Source of the DNA: Azolla caroliniana
Lineage: Eukaryota; Plantae; Polypodiophyta
Length of the DNA stretch: 64,000 bases
Assembly: GCA_043228905.1 (NCBI GenBank)
Contig: JBHGNT010000022.1
Location: 9,362,001 to 9,426,000, forward strand
Reading direction: 5' to 3'
Part shown: positions 12,606 to 23,978 of the stretch, piece by piece
Numbering within the stretch: position 1 is the first letter of the stretch
How the letters are laid out: each line of letters begins with the position of its first letter
Position numbers and translations under genes: made by a program
Notes under the pieces: model-generated
Databases searched by the model: none
What the model was told of the DNA's origin: nothing
What the model saw: the letters and a program-made list of their open reading frames with translations, nothing else

Positions 12606-13978
12606 AGAGGGCTGCCAAGGCGTGGGGCCGCGACAGTCCGAACACTCTAGGAAAACCCCACAAATGTACGATAAAAGCGAAACCAAAGAATCCTTGTACC
12701 ATAAGTAGGAAGTTTTGTTTCTCCAACAACGGAGGGTGTACGATAGTCGGCGTCGTAGGTCGAGAAAAGACAAGAACGGAAGAGCGACTTCGGGCGTGCG
12801 GAGTTCTCGGGCCCAACGAGGAAATCAACGGAGCCGTGGAGGCGGTCTCCTTCGACGATACCTTGGGAATACTGCGAGAGGTGGTCGGAGAGGGCCTTAA
12901 AGAGGACCGGACGATACCGGTTTGTTCGAAAGAGATGTATGGAGTCATCGCGGACTTCAGTCGGGGGCTCGAGTCGGATCGGACGGCCCAGGTAAACACG
13001 AAGTACAAGACTGCGGACCGGAAGGTAAGGCCCGTCGCGGCACCCTTACCGGAGGGCAGCGAGTTACGAATCAAGGGGATCGCGTCGGACCCCAGTTTAC
13101 GTGATCCGGCCTGCATAGGACACACCTTCACGACAGAATGCTACAGGAGCTCAAAATCAGTGGGGGCGGGTTCCTACTGCTGGCGGAAGAAGACCGGTTT
13201 CGGAGAATGCTCGGAAGGCACGGGAAAGCCTTCGCATTCTCGCCGGAAGAAATCGGGTGCGTAGACCCGACAGTCATGAAGCCGATGGTGATATTCACGG
13301 TACTGCATGTACCATGGAATCTCAAACCAATTTCGGTACCGAGAGCTCACATCTCGGAGCTGATGGAGCTATTAAGGCAGAAAGTTGATATGGGCATCCT
13401 TGAACCATCGAGTGGTCCGTACTCGAACCGATGGTTTACTGTACCGAAGAAGAACGGGACGTTGCGCTTCATTCAAGACCTGCAGCCGGTCAACAGAGTG
13501 ACCATTCGGAACGCAGGAATCGGACCAACGATAGACGAGTTCGCGGAGGCCTTCGCCGGAAGGTCGATCTACTCGGTCAGTGATCTGTACTCGGGGTACA
13601 ATCAGTTCCAACTAGCCGTAGAGAGCAAAGACATTACGACGATGCGGACTCCTCTCGGCCTAGTGCGGATGTGCACCCTGCCGCAAGGAGGGACAAACTT
13701 GGTAGCCCACATGGTGAATGCAATGAACAAGGTGCTGAGGGATTGTATCCTGGACATCACCATGCCATTCTTGGATGACATCCCAATCAAGGGATGTCCG
13801 GTGGAGGAAAAGGACGAAACGATCGGACAAGACGGATGCCGGAAATTCGTGGCGACACACATTGACGACTGCGAGAGGGTGCTGCAGAGGCTAGAGGACG
13901 CGAGGCTCACCTTCTCCGGGGAAAAATCGGCCTTCGGGCAATCAGAGATCATGGTCGTCGGACATCTATGCGGAGCGG
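12596..13978 (+). pseudogene. Gypsy pol 5' part (RT)
   Basis: VPKKNGTLRFIQDLQPVN, DLYSGYNQ, LPQG, PFLDDI. Interrupted by the insertion at 13979. Confidence 0.92.
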
Positions 13979-14764
13979 TGTCGTAGTGTATTTCGTACAC
14001 TACGTGAAAAAGTAAAAATAATATAACCGATTTAATTACATATAAATAAATAAAATAATATATCAAGATATTTATCACGTGCATAGGGCAAGATTCAAAC
14101 CTTGTACCTCCACGTAGCCAAACCTCAACTTTACCATTGTGCTACCTTATCTTTAGTGTTCTACAAATAGATTTAATAACTATAACTGCTTTATTTGCGC
14201 CTACCTTTATTAAAAGATAAATCATGCATTTTTAGAGTGCGTGAATATTTTATAGAAAAACGCAAGCAACTAAAAAGTGACTCATGCACATCTAGCGTGC
14301 ATGAGCACTATATTTAGCAAATAAAAGCAAGGATTAGAAAAGCATCACATGCACATTTAGTGTGCATGAACATATTAGAAAAAAAGCATGTAGCTATGCT
14401 TAGTCTCTCCCATCACTATATAAGGATGGGGAGCACAATGTAATAGGTGTGTGTGAAATATTTGGAAATTGGATATATTTCCGAAAACACCAACCGATTA
14501 ATATAATCGTGGGATTCACGAAAATAATATAATCTATACTTGTGGGATTCACAAGTTTCTTATATCTTTCTTTCAATCTAAATACATATTCTTACCTAAA
14601 TATTGACTAAATATACTAAACTCGTGGGATTCACGAGATTCTTATCTTATAACTCTTTATACGTATTCTTTACTAGCCTTATTTGTATTTTTCTTCCTCC
14701 TAGTCCAAAACCTCAGTGGTTCCCACCCGACTCACGCAACGATCCGGAGCCGAAAGGCACGACA
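13979..14764 (+). repeat. LTR1 of tandem array
   Basis: TGTCGT...ACGACA termini. About 4 substitutions seen versus LTR2 and LTR3. Confidence 0.95.
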
Positions 14765-14802
14765 CAGTTGGTGAACCTGACGTGAAGGCGGGTGGCAAGG
14801 AG

Positions 14803-16131
14803 ATGGAGAATCAACAAGAGGCAATGAGCATAACGATGATGATGATGTTCGAGCGGATGCTACAAGAACAACGAGTGATGTCGGAGATCACGGGGGCAGT
14901 AAAGCGGCTCGTACAACGAAACGGACAATTCAACGGAAACGATGTGTCACGCTATCTACGTGACTACAAGGCGGAGATGATACGATGTGGGATACCGGAA
15001 GGATTGCAAGTGACATCCTTCAATCGGGTGGCCACGGATGAGCTACAAGAGAGAATCCACAAGATACGGCAACAAAACTCGACATGGGGGTCATTCGAAG
15101 AAGCTTTACGAGAGGCATATGATTACAAGAGATCGAAGGGAAAAGATCGGCGAGAATTCGACGAATGGGTGGCATCGGAGAAGACCCACCGAAGTGCAAC
15201 ACAAGCATTCCTAGAGTTCGAGCATCGTTTTGCTCGACTCTCGGAGCGGGAACAACGATTGGTGGGAGAGGATAAAGTCCTAATGTTCGTAAAATCGATC
15301 GATCGAAAAGAAAGGATGGACATCGGGATCGAACTCGAAGATGATGACGGTGCGAATGGTCTTACCGAGGATTGGGCCAAAGTCGAAAGGGTATGCCGGA
15401 GACATGATGAGAGGAAGATGAGAATCTTGTCAACGACATGGCCGATGAAGGATGGTCGATTGAAGACAAACAATGGAGCCAATATGAAGGCCAAAATACA
15501 ACATGATGGTGCGATGAAAGAGGGTGTAAAACAAGCTACCCTCTTGTCTTGCGAAAGAACAACGACGAAGGATAAGGCCGATAACCCAAGTGTAGAAGAT
15601 TTCAGAATACAACGTGAGACCGAAGAGACGGAAGGTGGCGGAGAGAAAACAAAGGTCGAAGTCGATGCATACGACGGAGAGATAGCCGAGAATATGGCTA
15701 TGGGTGAAACAATGGAGGATGATAATACCGAGGATTCCTGCCCACTAATCCTAGAGATTTCGGCGGTTGTGTTTGAGAAGCAACGTGAGACCGGAGAGAC
15801 GGGAGGTGGCGGCAAGAAAGGTAAAGTCGGAAGCCAGTTAGGATGGAAGGTGATCCGGACGGGATTCCGATCCGAAAGAAAGCCTAACCGGGTAAAAGAG
15901 GATTCGACCAAAAGTCGACCCGAAAGAAAGCCGAACCGAAAGGAAGAGAATTCAGCCGAAAGACGACACAAACGAAAGCCGAACCGGGCGAATGAGGATT
16001 CGGCCGAAAGCCGACCCGAAAGAAAGCCGACCCGAAAAGGGGTCGAATCGGTCAAAACTGATCGACCGAGTCTGACTTGGCCGAACGCGAATATGGATGG
16101 AAGCCGACCTAACCGAAAGCCGATCGGATGA
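14803..16131 (+). CDS. Gag-like protein (442 aa from ATG) with acidic and basic repetitive C-terminus, copy 1
   Basis: N-terminal half aligns by eye with the Gypsy gag at 10452 (GQFNGNDVSRYL, VLMFVKSID, GLTEDW). No zinc knuckle and no pol. The frame continues past TGA to 16662. Confidence 0.8.
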   Translation: MENQQEAMSITMMMMFERMLQEQRVMSEITGAVKRLVQRNGQFNGNDVSRYLRDYKAEMIRCGIPEGLQVTSFNRVATDELQERIHKIRQQNSTWGSFEEALREAYDYKRSKGKDRREFDEWVASEKTHRSATQAFLEFEHRFARLSEREQRLVGEDKVLMFVKSIDRKERMDIGIELEDDDGANGLTEDWAKVERVCRRHDERKMRILSTTWPMKDGRLKTNNGANMKAKIQHDGAMKEGVKQATLLSCERTTTKDKADNPSVEDFRIQRETEETEGGGEKTKVEVDAYDGEIAENMAMGETMEDDNTEDSCPLILEISAVVFEKQRETGETGGGGKKGKVGSQLGWKVIRTGFRSERKPNRVKEDSTKSRPERKPNRKEENSAERRHKRKPNRANEDSAESRPERKPTRKGVESVKTDRPSLTWPNANMDGSRPNRKPIG

Positions 16132-16614
16132 AACCGATCCGAAAAGAAGCTAATCCGACTCAACCGGAGGTTGGACCGGTCGAGGCTGGTGAAAACGAGG
16201 AAAAGAAAGCCAACCGAAACCAAAACCGATAGATCGAAACCGGGCCGGAAGGAGACCGATTCAATCGAAACCGAGCAACCGATTCCGATTCGGCCGAATA
16301 CGAATCCGATCGGAAGCCGATCAAACCGAAAGTCGATCGGACGAGAGCGATCCGGAAAAAGGTCAAGGTTGATGAAGACAAGAAAGAGGCCAGTAAAAGA
16401 CACTACCACGAATGACAAGGGCCAAGAATATGACGAGAGAGAACAAAGAATATGGTGGATCGGATGGCGACAATGGTTCGGGTGGAAAGAATGGGTCTAC
16501 TCAAAATGGAGAGACAAAGTTGACATAGCGGGACAAACGGAGGATGAAGGGGAGACAACGAGCATCGGCAACTTCGGCACATACCGGAGGATGTGCGGGT
16601 TCGGAGGGGGCGAG

Positions 16615-17400
16615 TGTCGTAGTGTATTTCGTACACTACGTGAAAAAGTAAAAATAATATAACCGATTTAATTACATATAAATAAATAAAATAATATATC
16701 AAGATATTTATCACGTGCATAGGGCAGGATTCGAACCTTGTACCTCCACGTAGCCAAACCTCAACTTTACCATTATGCTACCTTATCTTTAGTGTTCTAT
16801 AAATAGATTTAATAACTATAACTGCTTTATTTGCGCCTACCTTTATTAAAAGATAAATCATGCATTTTTAGAGTGCGTGAATATTTTATAGAAAAACGCA
16901 AGCAACTAAAAAGTGACTCATGCACATCTAGCGTGCATGAGCACTATATTTAGCAAATAAAAGCAAGGATTAGAAAAGCATCACATGCACATTTAGTGTG
17001 CATGAACATATTAGAAAAAAAGCATGTAGCTATGCTTAGTCTCTCCCATCACTATATAAGGATGGGGAGCACAATGTAATAGGTGTGTGTGAAATATTTG
17101 GAAATTGGATATATTTCCGAAAACACCAACCGATTAATATAATCGTGGGATTCACGAAAATAATATAATCTATACTTGTGGGATTCACAAGTTTCTTATA
17201 TCTTTCTTTCAATCTAAATACATATTCTTACCTAAATATTGACTAAATATACTAAACTCGTGGGATTCACGAGATTCTTATCTTATAACTCTTTATACGT
17301 ATTCTTTACTAGCCTTATTTGTATTTTTCTTCCTCCTAGTCCAAAACCTCAGTGGTTCCCACCCGACTCACGCAACGATCCGGAGCCGAAAGGCACGACA
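16615..17400 (+). repeat. LTR2 (shared central LTR)
   Basis: Preceded by PPT and followed by PBS. Confidence 0.95.
16727..16780 (-). promoter_or_regulatory. tRNA-type Pol III A/B-box module in LTR (also at ~14091-14144 and 19363-19416)
   Basis: Minus strand reads A box TAGCATAATGG, 32 nt, B box GGTTCGAATCC, with a T-run downstream. Confidence 0.7.
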
Positions 17401-17438
17401 CAGTTGGTGAACCTGACGTGAAGGCGGGTGGCAAGGAG

Positions 17439-18767
17439 ATGGAGAATCAACAAGAGGCAATGAGCATAACGATGATGATGATGTTCGAGCGGATGCTACA
17501 AGAACAACGAGTGATGTCGGAGATCACGGGGGCAGTAAAGCGGCTCGTACAACGAAACGGACAATTCAACGGAAACGATGTGTCACGCTATCTACGTGAC
17601 TACAAGGCGGAGATGATACGATGTGGGATACCGGAAGGATTGCAAGTGACATCCTTCAATCGGGTGGCCACGGATGAGCTACAAGAGAGAATCCACAAGA
17701 TACGGCAACAAAACTCGACATGGGGGTCATTCGAAGAAGCTTTACGAGAGGCATATGATTACAAGAGATCGAAGGGAAAAGATCGGCGAGAATTCGACGA
17801 ATGGGTGGCATCGGAGAAGACCCACCGAAGTGCAACACAAGCATTCCTAGAGTTCGAGCATCGTTTTGCTCGACTCTCGGAGCGGGAACAACGATTGGTG
17901 GGAGAGGATAAAGTCCTAATGTTCGTAAAATCGATCGATCGAAAAGAAAGGATGGACATCGGGATCGAACTCGAAGATGATGACGGTGCGAATGGTCTTA
18001 CCGAGGATTGGGCCAAAGTCGAAAGGGTATGCCGGAGACATGATGAGAGGAAGATGAGAATCTTGTCAACGACATGGCCGATGAAGGATGGTCGATTGAA
18101 GACAAACAATGGAGCCAATATGAAGGCCAAAATACAACATGATGGTGCGATGAAAGAGGGTGTAAAACAAGCTACCCTCTTGTCTTGCGAAAGAACAACG
18201 ACGAAGGATAAGGCCGATAACCCAAGTGTAGAAGATTTCAGAATACAACGTGAGACCGAAGAGACGGAAGGTGGCGGAGAGAAAACAAAGGTCGAAGTCG
18301 ATGCATACGACGGAGAGATAGCCGAGAATATGGCTATGGGTGAAACAATGGAGGATGATAATACCGAGGATTCCTGCCCACTAATCCTAGAGATTTCGGC
18401 GGTTGTGTTTGAGAAGCAACGTGAGACCGGAGAGACGGGAGGTGGCGGCAAGAAAGGTAAAGTCGGAAGCCAGTTAGGATGGAAGGTGATCCGGACGGGA
18501 TTCCGATCCGAAAGAAAGCCTAACCGGGTAAAAGAGGATTCGACCAAAAGTCGACCCGAAAGAAAGCCGAACCGAAAGGAAGAGAATTCAGCCGAAAGAC
18601 GACACAAACGAAAGCCGAACCGGGCGAATGAGGATTCGGCCGAAAGCCGACCCGAAAGAAAGCCGACCCGAAAAGGGGTCGAATCGGTCAAAACTGATCG
18701 ACCGAGTCTGACTTGGCCGAACGCGAATATGGATGGAAGCCGACCTAACCGAAAGCCAATCGGATGA
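17439..18767 (+). CDS. Gag-like protein, copy 2
   Basis: Translation identical to copy 1. Confidence 0.8.
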   Translation: MENQQEAMSITMMMMFERMLQEQRVMSEITGAVKRLVQRNGQFNGNDVSRYLRDYKAEMIRCGIPEGLQVTSFNRVATDELQERIHKIRQQNSTWGSFEEALREAYDYKRSKGKDRREFDEWVASEKTHRSATQAFLEFEHRFARLSEREQRLVGEDKVLMFVKSIDRKERMDIGIELEDDDGANGLTEDWAKVERVCRRHDERKMRILSTTWPMKDGRLKTNNGANMKAKIQHDGAMKEGVKQATLLSCERTTTKDKADNPSVEDFRIQRETEETEGGGEKTKVEVDAYDGEIAENMAMGETMEDDNTEDSCPLILEISAVVFEKQRETGETGGGGKKGKVGSQLGWKVIRTGFRSERKPNRVKEDSTKSRPERKPNRKEENSAERRHKRKPNRANEDSAESRPERKPTRKGVESVKTDRPSLTWPNANMDGSRPNRKPIG

Positions 18768-19250
18768 AACCGATCCGAAAAGAAGCTAATCCGACTCAAC
18801 CGGAGGTTGGACCGGTCGAGGCTGGTGAAAACGAGGAAAAGAAAGCCAACCGAAACCAAAACCGATAGATCGAAACCGGGCCGGAAGGAGACCGATTCAA
18901 TCGAAACCGAGCAACCGATTCCGATTCGGCCGAATACGAATCCGATCGGAAGCCGATCAAACCGAAAGTCGATCGGACGAGAGCGATCCGGAAAAAGGTC
19001 AAGGTTGATGAAGACAAGAAAGAGGCCAGTAAAAGACACTACCACGAATGACAAGGGCCAAGAATATGACGAGAGAGAACAAAGAATATGGTGGATCGGA
19101 TGGCGACAATGGTTCGGGTGGAAAGAATGGGTCTACTCAAAATGGAGAGACAAAGTTGACATAGCGGGACAAACGGAGGATGAAGGGGAGACAACGAGCA
19201 TCGGCAACTTCGGCACATACCGGAGGATGTGCGGGTTCGGAGGGGGCGAG

Positions 19251-20036
19251 TGTCGTAGTGTATTTCGTACACTACGTGAAAAAGTAAAAATAATATAACC
19301 GATTTAATTACATATAAATAAATAAAATAATATATCAAGATATTTATCACGTGCATAGGGCAGGATTCGAACCTTGTACCTCCACGTAGCCAAACCTCAA
19401 CTTTACCATTATGCTACCTTATCTTTAGTGTTCTATAAATAGATTTAATAACTATAACTGCTTTATTTGCGCCTACCTTTATTAAAAGATAAATCATGCA
19501 TTTTTAGAGTGCGTGAATATTTTATAGAAAAACGCAAGCAACTAAAAAGTGACTCATGCACATCTAGCGTGCATGAGCACTATATTTAGCAAATAAAAGC
19601 AAGGATTAGAAAAGCATCACATGCACATTTAGTGTGCATGAACATATTAGAAAAAAAGCATGTAGCTATGCTTAGTCTCTCCCATCACTATATAAGGATG
19701 GGGAGCACAATGTAATAGGTGTGTGTGAAATATTTGGAAATTGGATATATTTCCGAAAACACCAACCGATTAATATAATCGTGGGATTCACGAAAATAAT
19801 ATAATCTATACTTGTGGGATTCACAAGTTTCTTATATCTTTCTTTCAATCTAAATACATATTCTTACCTAAATATTGACTAAATATACTAAACTCGTGGG
19901 ATTCACGAGATTCTTATCTTATAACTCTTTATACGTATTCTTTACTAGCCTTATTTGTATTTTTCTTCCTCCTAGTCCAAAACCTCAGTGGTTCCCACCC
20001 GACTCACGCAACGATCCGGAGCCGAAAGGCACGACA
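19251..20036 (+). repeat. LTR3 of tandem array
   Basis: Matches LTR2 and is followed by host pol. Confidence 0.95.
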
Positions 20037-22160
20037 GCGTATGGCCGGAAACCGTCTCCGGCTAAGGTGGAAGCCATCTCCACTATGAAGCCTGACTGTA
20101 ACTCGGTCACGGAGGTACGGAGGTTCTTGGGAGCATGTGCGTTCTACCACATATGGATCCCGCATTACGCCCACGTTGCCGAGCCGCTATACGGGTTTCT
20201 GAAAAAGGGGCGAAAATTCGAGTGGCGAGACGAGCATGCGGAGTCGGTCCGAAAGATGAAGGAGGCTCTTGCTGCAGCTCCGGCACTCCGGAAGGCTGTC
20301 TACGAGAAAGGCACTCCCATCTACATAACGGTAGATACGAGTCCGACCGGAATCGGATGGGTCGTCAACCAAGAAGATGAGGACGGCATTCGGTTCCCAA
20401 TCCGGTTCGGTGCGAAGGTCCTCAGTGAGCGACAGCGAGGATACGCCCAGGTTAAACGCGAACTCTAGGGTATCGTTTCGGCGGTGAAGGCCGATAAAGA
20501 CTATCTGATTGGGACAGAGGTGATTATCGAGACGGACTGCTTGCCGATCCTCGGCATGGTTTCCGGATGCGCAACCCCGGACCTGGCAATGCTCAGGTGG
20601 ATAGCGTACATCAAGTCCCTAGATCCGGAAATACGACACATTTCCGGGAAAGACAATGCCATGGCCGACATGCTTTCGAGGGCGCGATTCGACGACGAGG
20701 GCGGCATGGTTTCGGAGGACGAGGAAGTCGGCGTAGACTTCTTCGAGGCGGCTCACGTAACAACCGAAGGGGGAAGCACTCCGGCGCTTAACGATTTCAA
20801 CGAGAGCAAGTACGACGGGGAGTGGCTGCAGATTGGGGGATTCTTAAGGACAATGATGCCGGACGCATCGTGGACAACGGACGAGGCCAACCGGATCCGG
20901 AAGAAAGCGTACCGGTTCTTTCTCCGGGACGGATTCTTGTGGAAGCACCCGAAGAAGAGGGACGGCATCCCGCTCCGAGTAGTGGCGATGAAGGAGGAAC
21001 AGGAGGAATTGCTGAAAGCCTATCACGACAGCCCCTAGGCCGGGCACCGTGGGACGTGGGCCACGTTCGAGAAGCTGAAGGGGAAGTACTGGTGGCCGGG
21101 ACTGTACCGGGACGTGCATCGGTTCGTGACAACTTGTGAGAGCTGTCAGATGCACTCCGTAATCCGACATCGGGACGAGCTTCACCCCACTTACCCTCCG
21201 GCCATCCATTTCAAATGGATGGTAGATTTGGTGACGATGCCGATGGGCATAGGGCAGATGCGATATCTGGTGCTCGCCCGGGAGGACCTGACGAACCAGG
21301 TGGAAGGCTGAGCCCTGCAGAACAAAACGACTACAGCCGTGTGTTGGTTCCTGATCGAGGACGTGATATGCCGGTACGGGTGCGTCGGAAAGATCGTGGC
21401 TGACCGCGGGGAGTTGGACGCCGAAGAGGCCGAGGAGCTGTTCAACCGGTTGGGGGTCAAGCTCTCGCTCACCACAGCGTACAATCCGGAGGCAAACGGG
21501 AAGGTAGAGCGCGGGCACGGGCCAATCGTCAAAGCGCTAGTCCGGGCATGCGGAGGCCAGGTCGGGAACTGGCCACGGCTGTTACCTTATGCCTTGTGGG
21601 CGGACCGGACAATGCACAGCTCGGTAACCGGGTTCATGCCGTCAGAGCTCATGTTCGGACAGAAGCCGATCATGCCGATGGAACGGACGATCTCCTCTTG
21701 GGCGACAGTAGACTAAGTGATGAAATGAGTCGGGAAGAACTGCTCGCGGCGCGTATACGGCAGCTCGAGCGGAGGCCAGAGGACGTGGATCGAGCGGCGG
21801 AGAGACTTCGGACGGTGAGGATGAAGAACAAAGCCCGGTTCGACCGAACGCACCGGCTCAGACCAAAGAGAATCGAGGAAGGCGACTGGGTGCTAGTCTA
21901 CGACAGTAGCCTCGACAACCAGCACCGAGCAACACGGAAGTTTGCAAAGCGGTGGTTCGGGCCTTACGTGGTAACGGGCGCCAACGACAACGGGACGTAT
22001 CACCTGGCGGAACTCGACGGTACGAGGATGGCGATACCAGTGGTGGGAAAGTAGATCAAAGCGTTCAAGAAGCGCCACGACGGCGAACCGGATCTAAGAG
22101 GCCTGGACAACGACGATGATCAGTCCGAGGCGGAGGACGAACCGATGGACGAGCAACCGG
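20037..22160 (+). pseudogene. Gypsy pol 3' part (RT end, RNase H, integrase)
   Basis: VRRFLG, VDTSPTGIG, TDC, NAMADMLSR, CESCQ, VADRGE, NGKVERGH, KRWFGPY, with internal stops. Confidence 0.92.
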
Positions 22161-22235
22161 AACCCGGGCCGTTTTTCTCCAACCAGAACCCAATTTTGGC
22201 GCATACCGGTGGATGCGCAGTTAGGTGGGGGCGGA

Positions 22236-22850
22236 TGTCGTGAAGAAAACCGTCGCCTGGCGTAATCTGTGAAAAGCGTAATGTATATAATAGAGAATTA
22301 GGTACAGAGAGAGATCCGAGGTAGTTAGATTCGGTAGGTAGGAAGTAAATGAGGGAGACGGCTCCCCTCTTGACGATATAAAGGAGAGGGAGACGCAGGG
22401 AGAAGGGATATCGCATTAAGGAGGACGAAGTGCTGTCGGACCGGAACCAAACGCTTCTCCTCTATCTGTTCTCTGTTGCCCTTCTCTTCAGGTTTGGGGA
22501 GGCTCGCGCTGCTTCGAGGAACGCCCGTGTGCTTCCGACAACACCTCCATCCTATTCCCATTTTGTGCGTAGACGAACAGGCATCAGCATCTGTCCGCCG
22601 GCCTAATCGGTTGTAGCCGCTCGCGTGTTCTGCTGTGTACTCGTTATTCGTTAATATACAAACACTTGTTTCTTCCTGTCTCTGTGTCCATTCGCGTCTT
22701 CTGTGTTGACGGGCCACGGCCCTGTGTTTCTTTGCTCATATGTGATTGGGCGTCTCTCTCCTTCTCTATCCCCTTCTATCACCTGCTCTTCGCTTCAAGA
22801 CCCCGGTGGTCCCGCCTTGTTTCTCCACGCACGCGCGTAACAACGCGACA
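22236..22850 (+). repeat. Gypsy 3' LTR
   Basis: TGTCGT...GCGACA termini. The 3' part matches 10174-10434. Confidence 0.92.
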
Positions 22851-23978
22851 ACGTGTCGGCGTGGGCGGGACGACGAGGGTCTTGGCCTAGGGAGTAGAGG
22901 GGAAAATGGGAGCTTATCCCTTACGGCCTTCGAGCTCGAAAGGGTAAGAGAAAGAATAAGAGATTAACACAGTAGAGAAATAGATGGAGACAAGGTTCAC
23001 CAAACTAATTCTATTACGAAGCACAAAAGCCACAAAATGATTACAACCACGACTGATTAGGCCGAACCCAAGCATAACTAGAAGAAACAAGAGAGATTGA
23101 AATGCTAAACCTTCCTAACTACTACCACAATGACCAAACGAAAACCCTAAAACGAAATAGGCAAAGATGAAGTAGAAAAACCCTAACGGTCTACCTCTAA
23201 CGATAAAATGGCGAACCCTCAATGGTGACCCCTTACCCCTTTTTAGAGTAGAAAGGGGAGAGGCTTATTACAAAAGGAGAGGCCAAATCTTCGGCTCCTT
23301 TCAAAGGATGAATATTTGCGTGATCTTAGGAGGAGAGATTGATGGGGCCTTAACTCCCTCTCCTCTCATTTTTCACACACAACCACACCCTCTACTTATT
23401 ACAACCGTACTTCCATGCACTCCCCTTTATTCTACATGTGTATGTGCACCTAAGTGCACATTACCTTTATACTTCACAAACTTTGTAGTGCACTTTCAAC
23501 ACCTTACATTTTATCCTTCCTTTTACATTTGTTTTCTTATTCTTATTTTACAAATTTCGTAAGTGCTTGTGCAATGTTGCACATCCCATTTTATCCGTCC
23601 CGCTCGGGTTTTCTCACCATAGCCGAAAATCCTCATGACATCTAGCCCCACCAAACTGCACATCCACCGGTATATGCCAAGAAAGGGGAAGAGGTGAGAT
23701 TTTCGGCAATGGTGATTAATCGGGTTCCTTCGCATCCTCGTCTGACTTCATCTTCCACTTCGAGCATGCCCATCCTTTCCACACGAACCATCGTAGCCTC
23801 TCGATCTACCATATCCACCGCATGTCCTCGAACCATCAGCTCCATCTGATCCACCATATTCGGCACTCGCACCTTTCTCCCCGACCGGTTTTAGTAGACC
23901 TCCCGAACGATGTCGCCGATCCAATCGCTCCTCCTTCCTTCACCGCGTGCATTCTCCGACTGGATTCTTGACCACTCT
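22851..23978 (-). repeat. Second copy of element B 3' LTR plus adjacent internal sequence (duplicate of 9049-10176)
   Basis: Direct repeat at offset 13802 with scattered substitutions. Confidence 0.92.

Larger units (their letters stand above)
13979..20036 (+). mobile_element. Tandem array of a non-autonomous gag-only LTR element (LTR-gag-LTR-gag-LTR, 2636-bp period)
   Basis: Three 786-bp LTRs at 13979, 16615 and 19251. Trp PBS at 14769 and 17405. PPT before LTR2 and LTR3. Flanks GCGG/GCGT restore host HLCGAYGRKP. Confidence 0.95.
10174..22850 (+). mobile_element. Decayed autonomous-type Ty3/Gypsy (non-chromovirus) with tRNA-Trp PBS
   Basis: Truncated 5' LTR 10174-10434, PBS TGGTGAGCCCGACGTGA at 10439-10455, order gag-PR-RT-RH-INT, PPT ~22224-22235, 3' LTR 22236-22850 (TGTCG...CGACA). 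Confidence 0.92.

Noticed and set aside
15123-16418. 431-aa minus-strand ORF (and its copy at 17759-19054)
   Set aside because: It is the antisense shadow of the repetitive gag ORF and has no domain signal.
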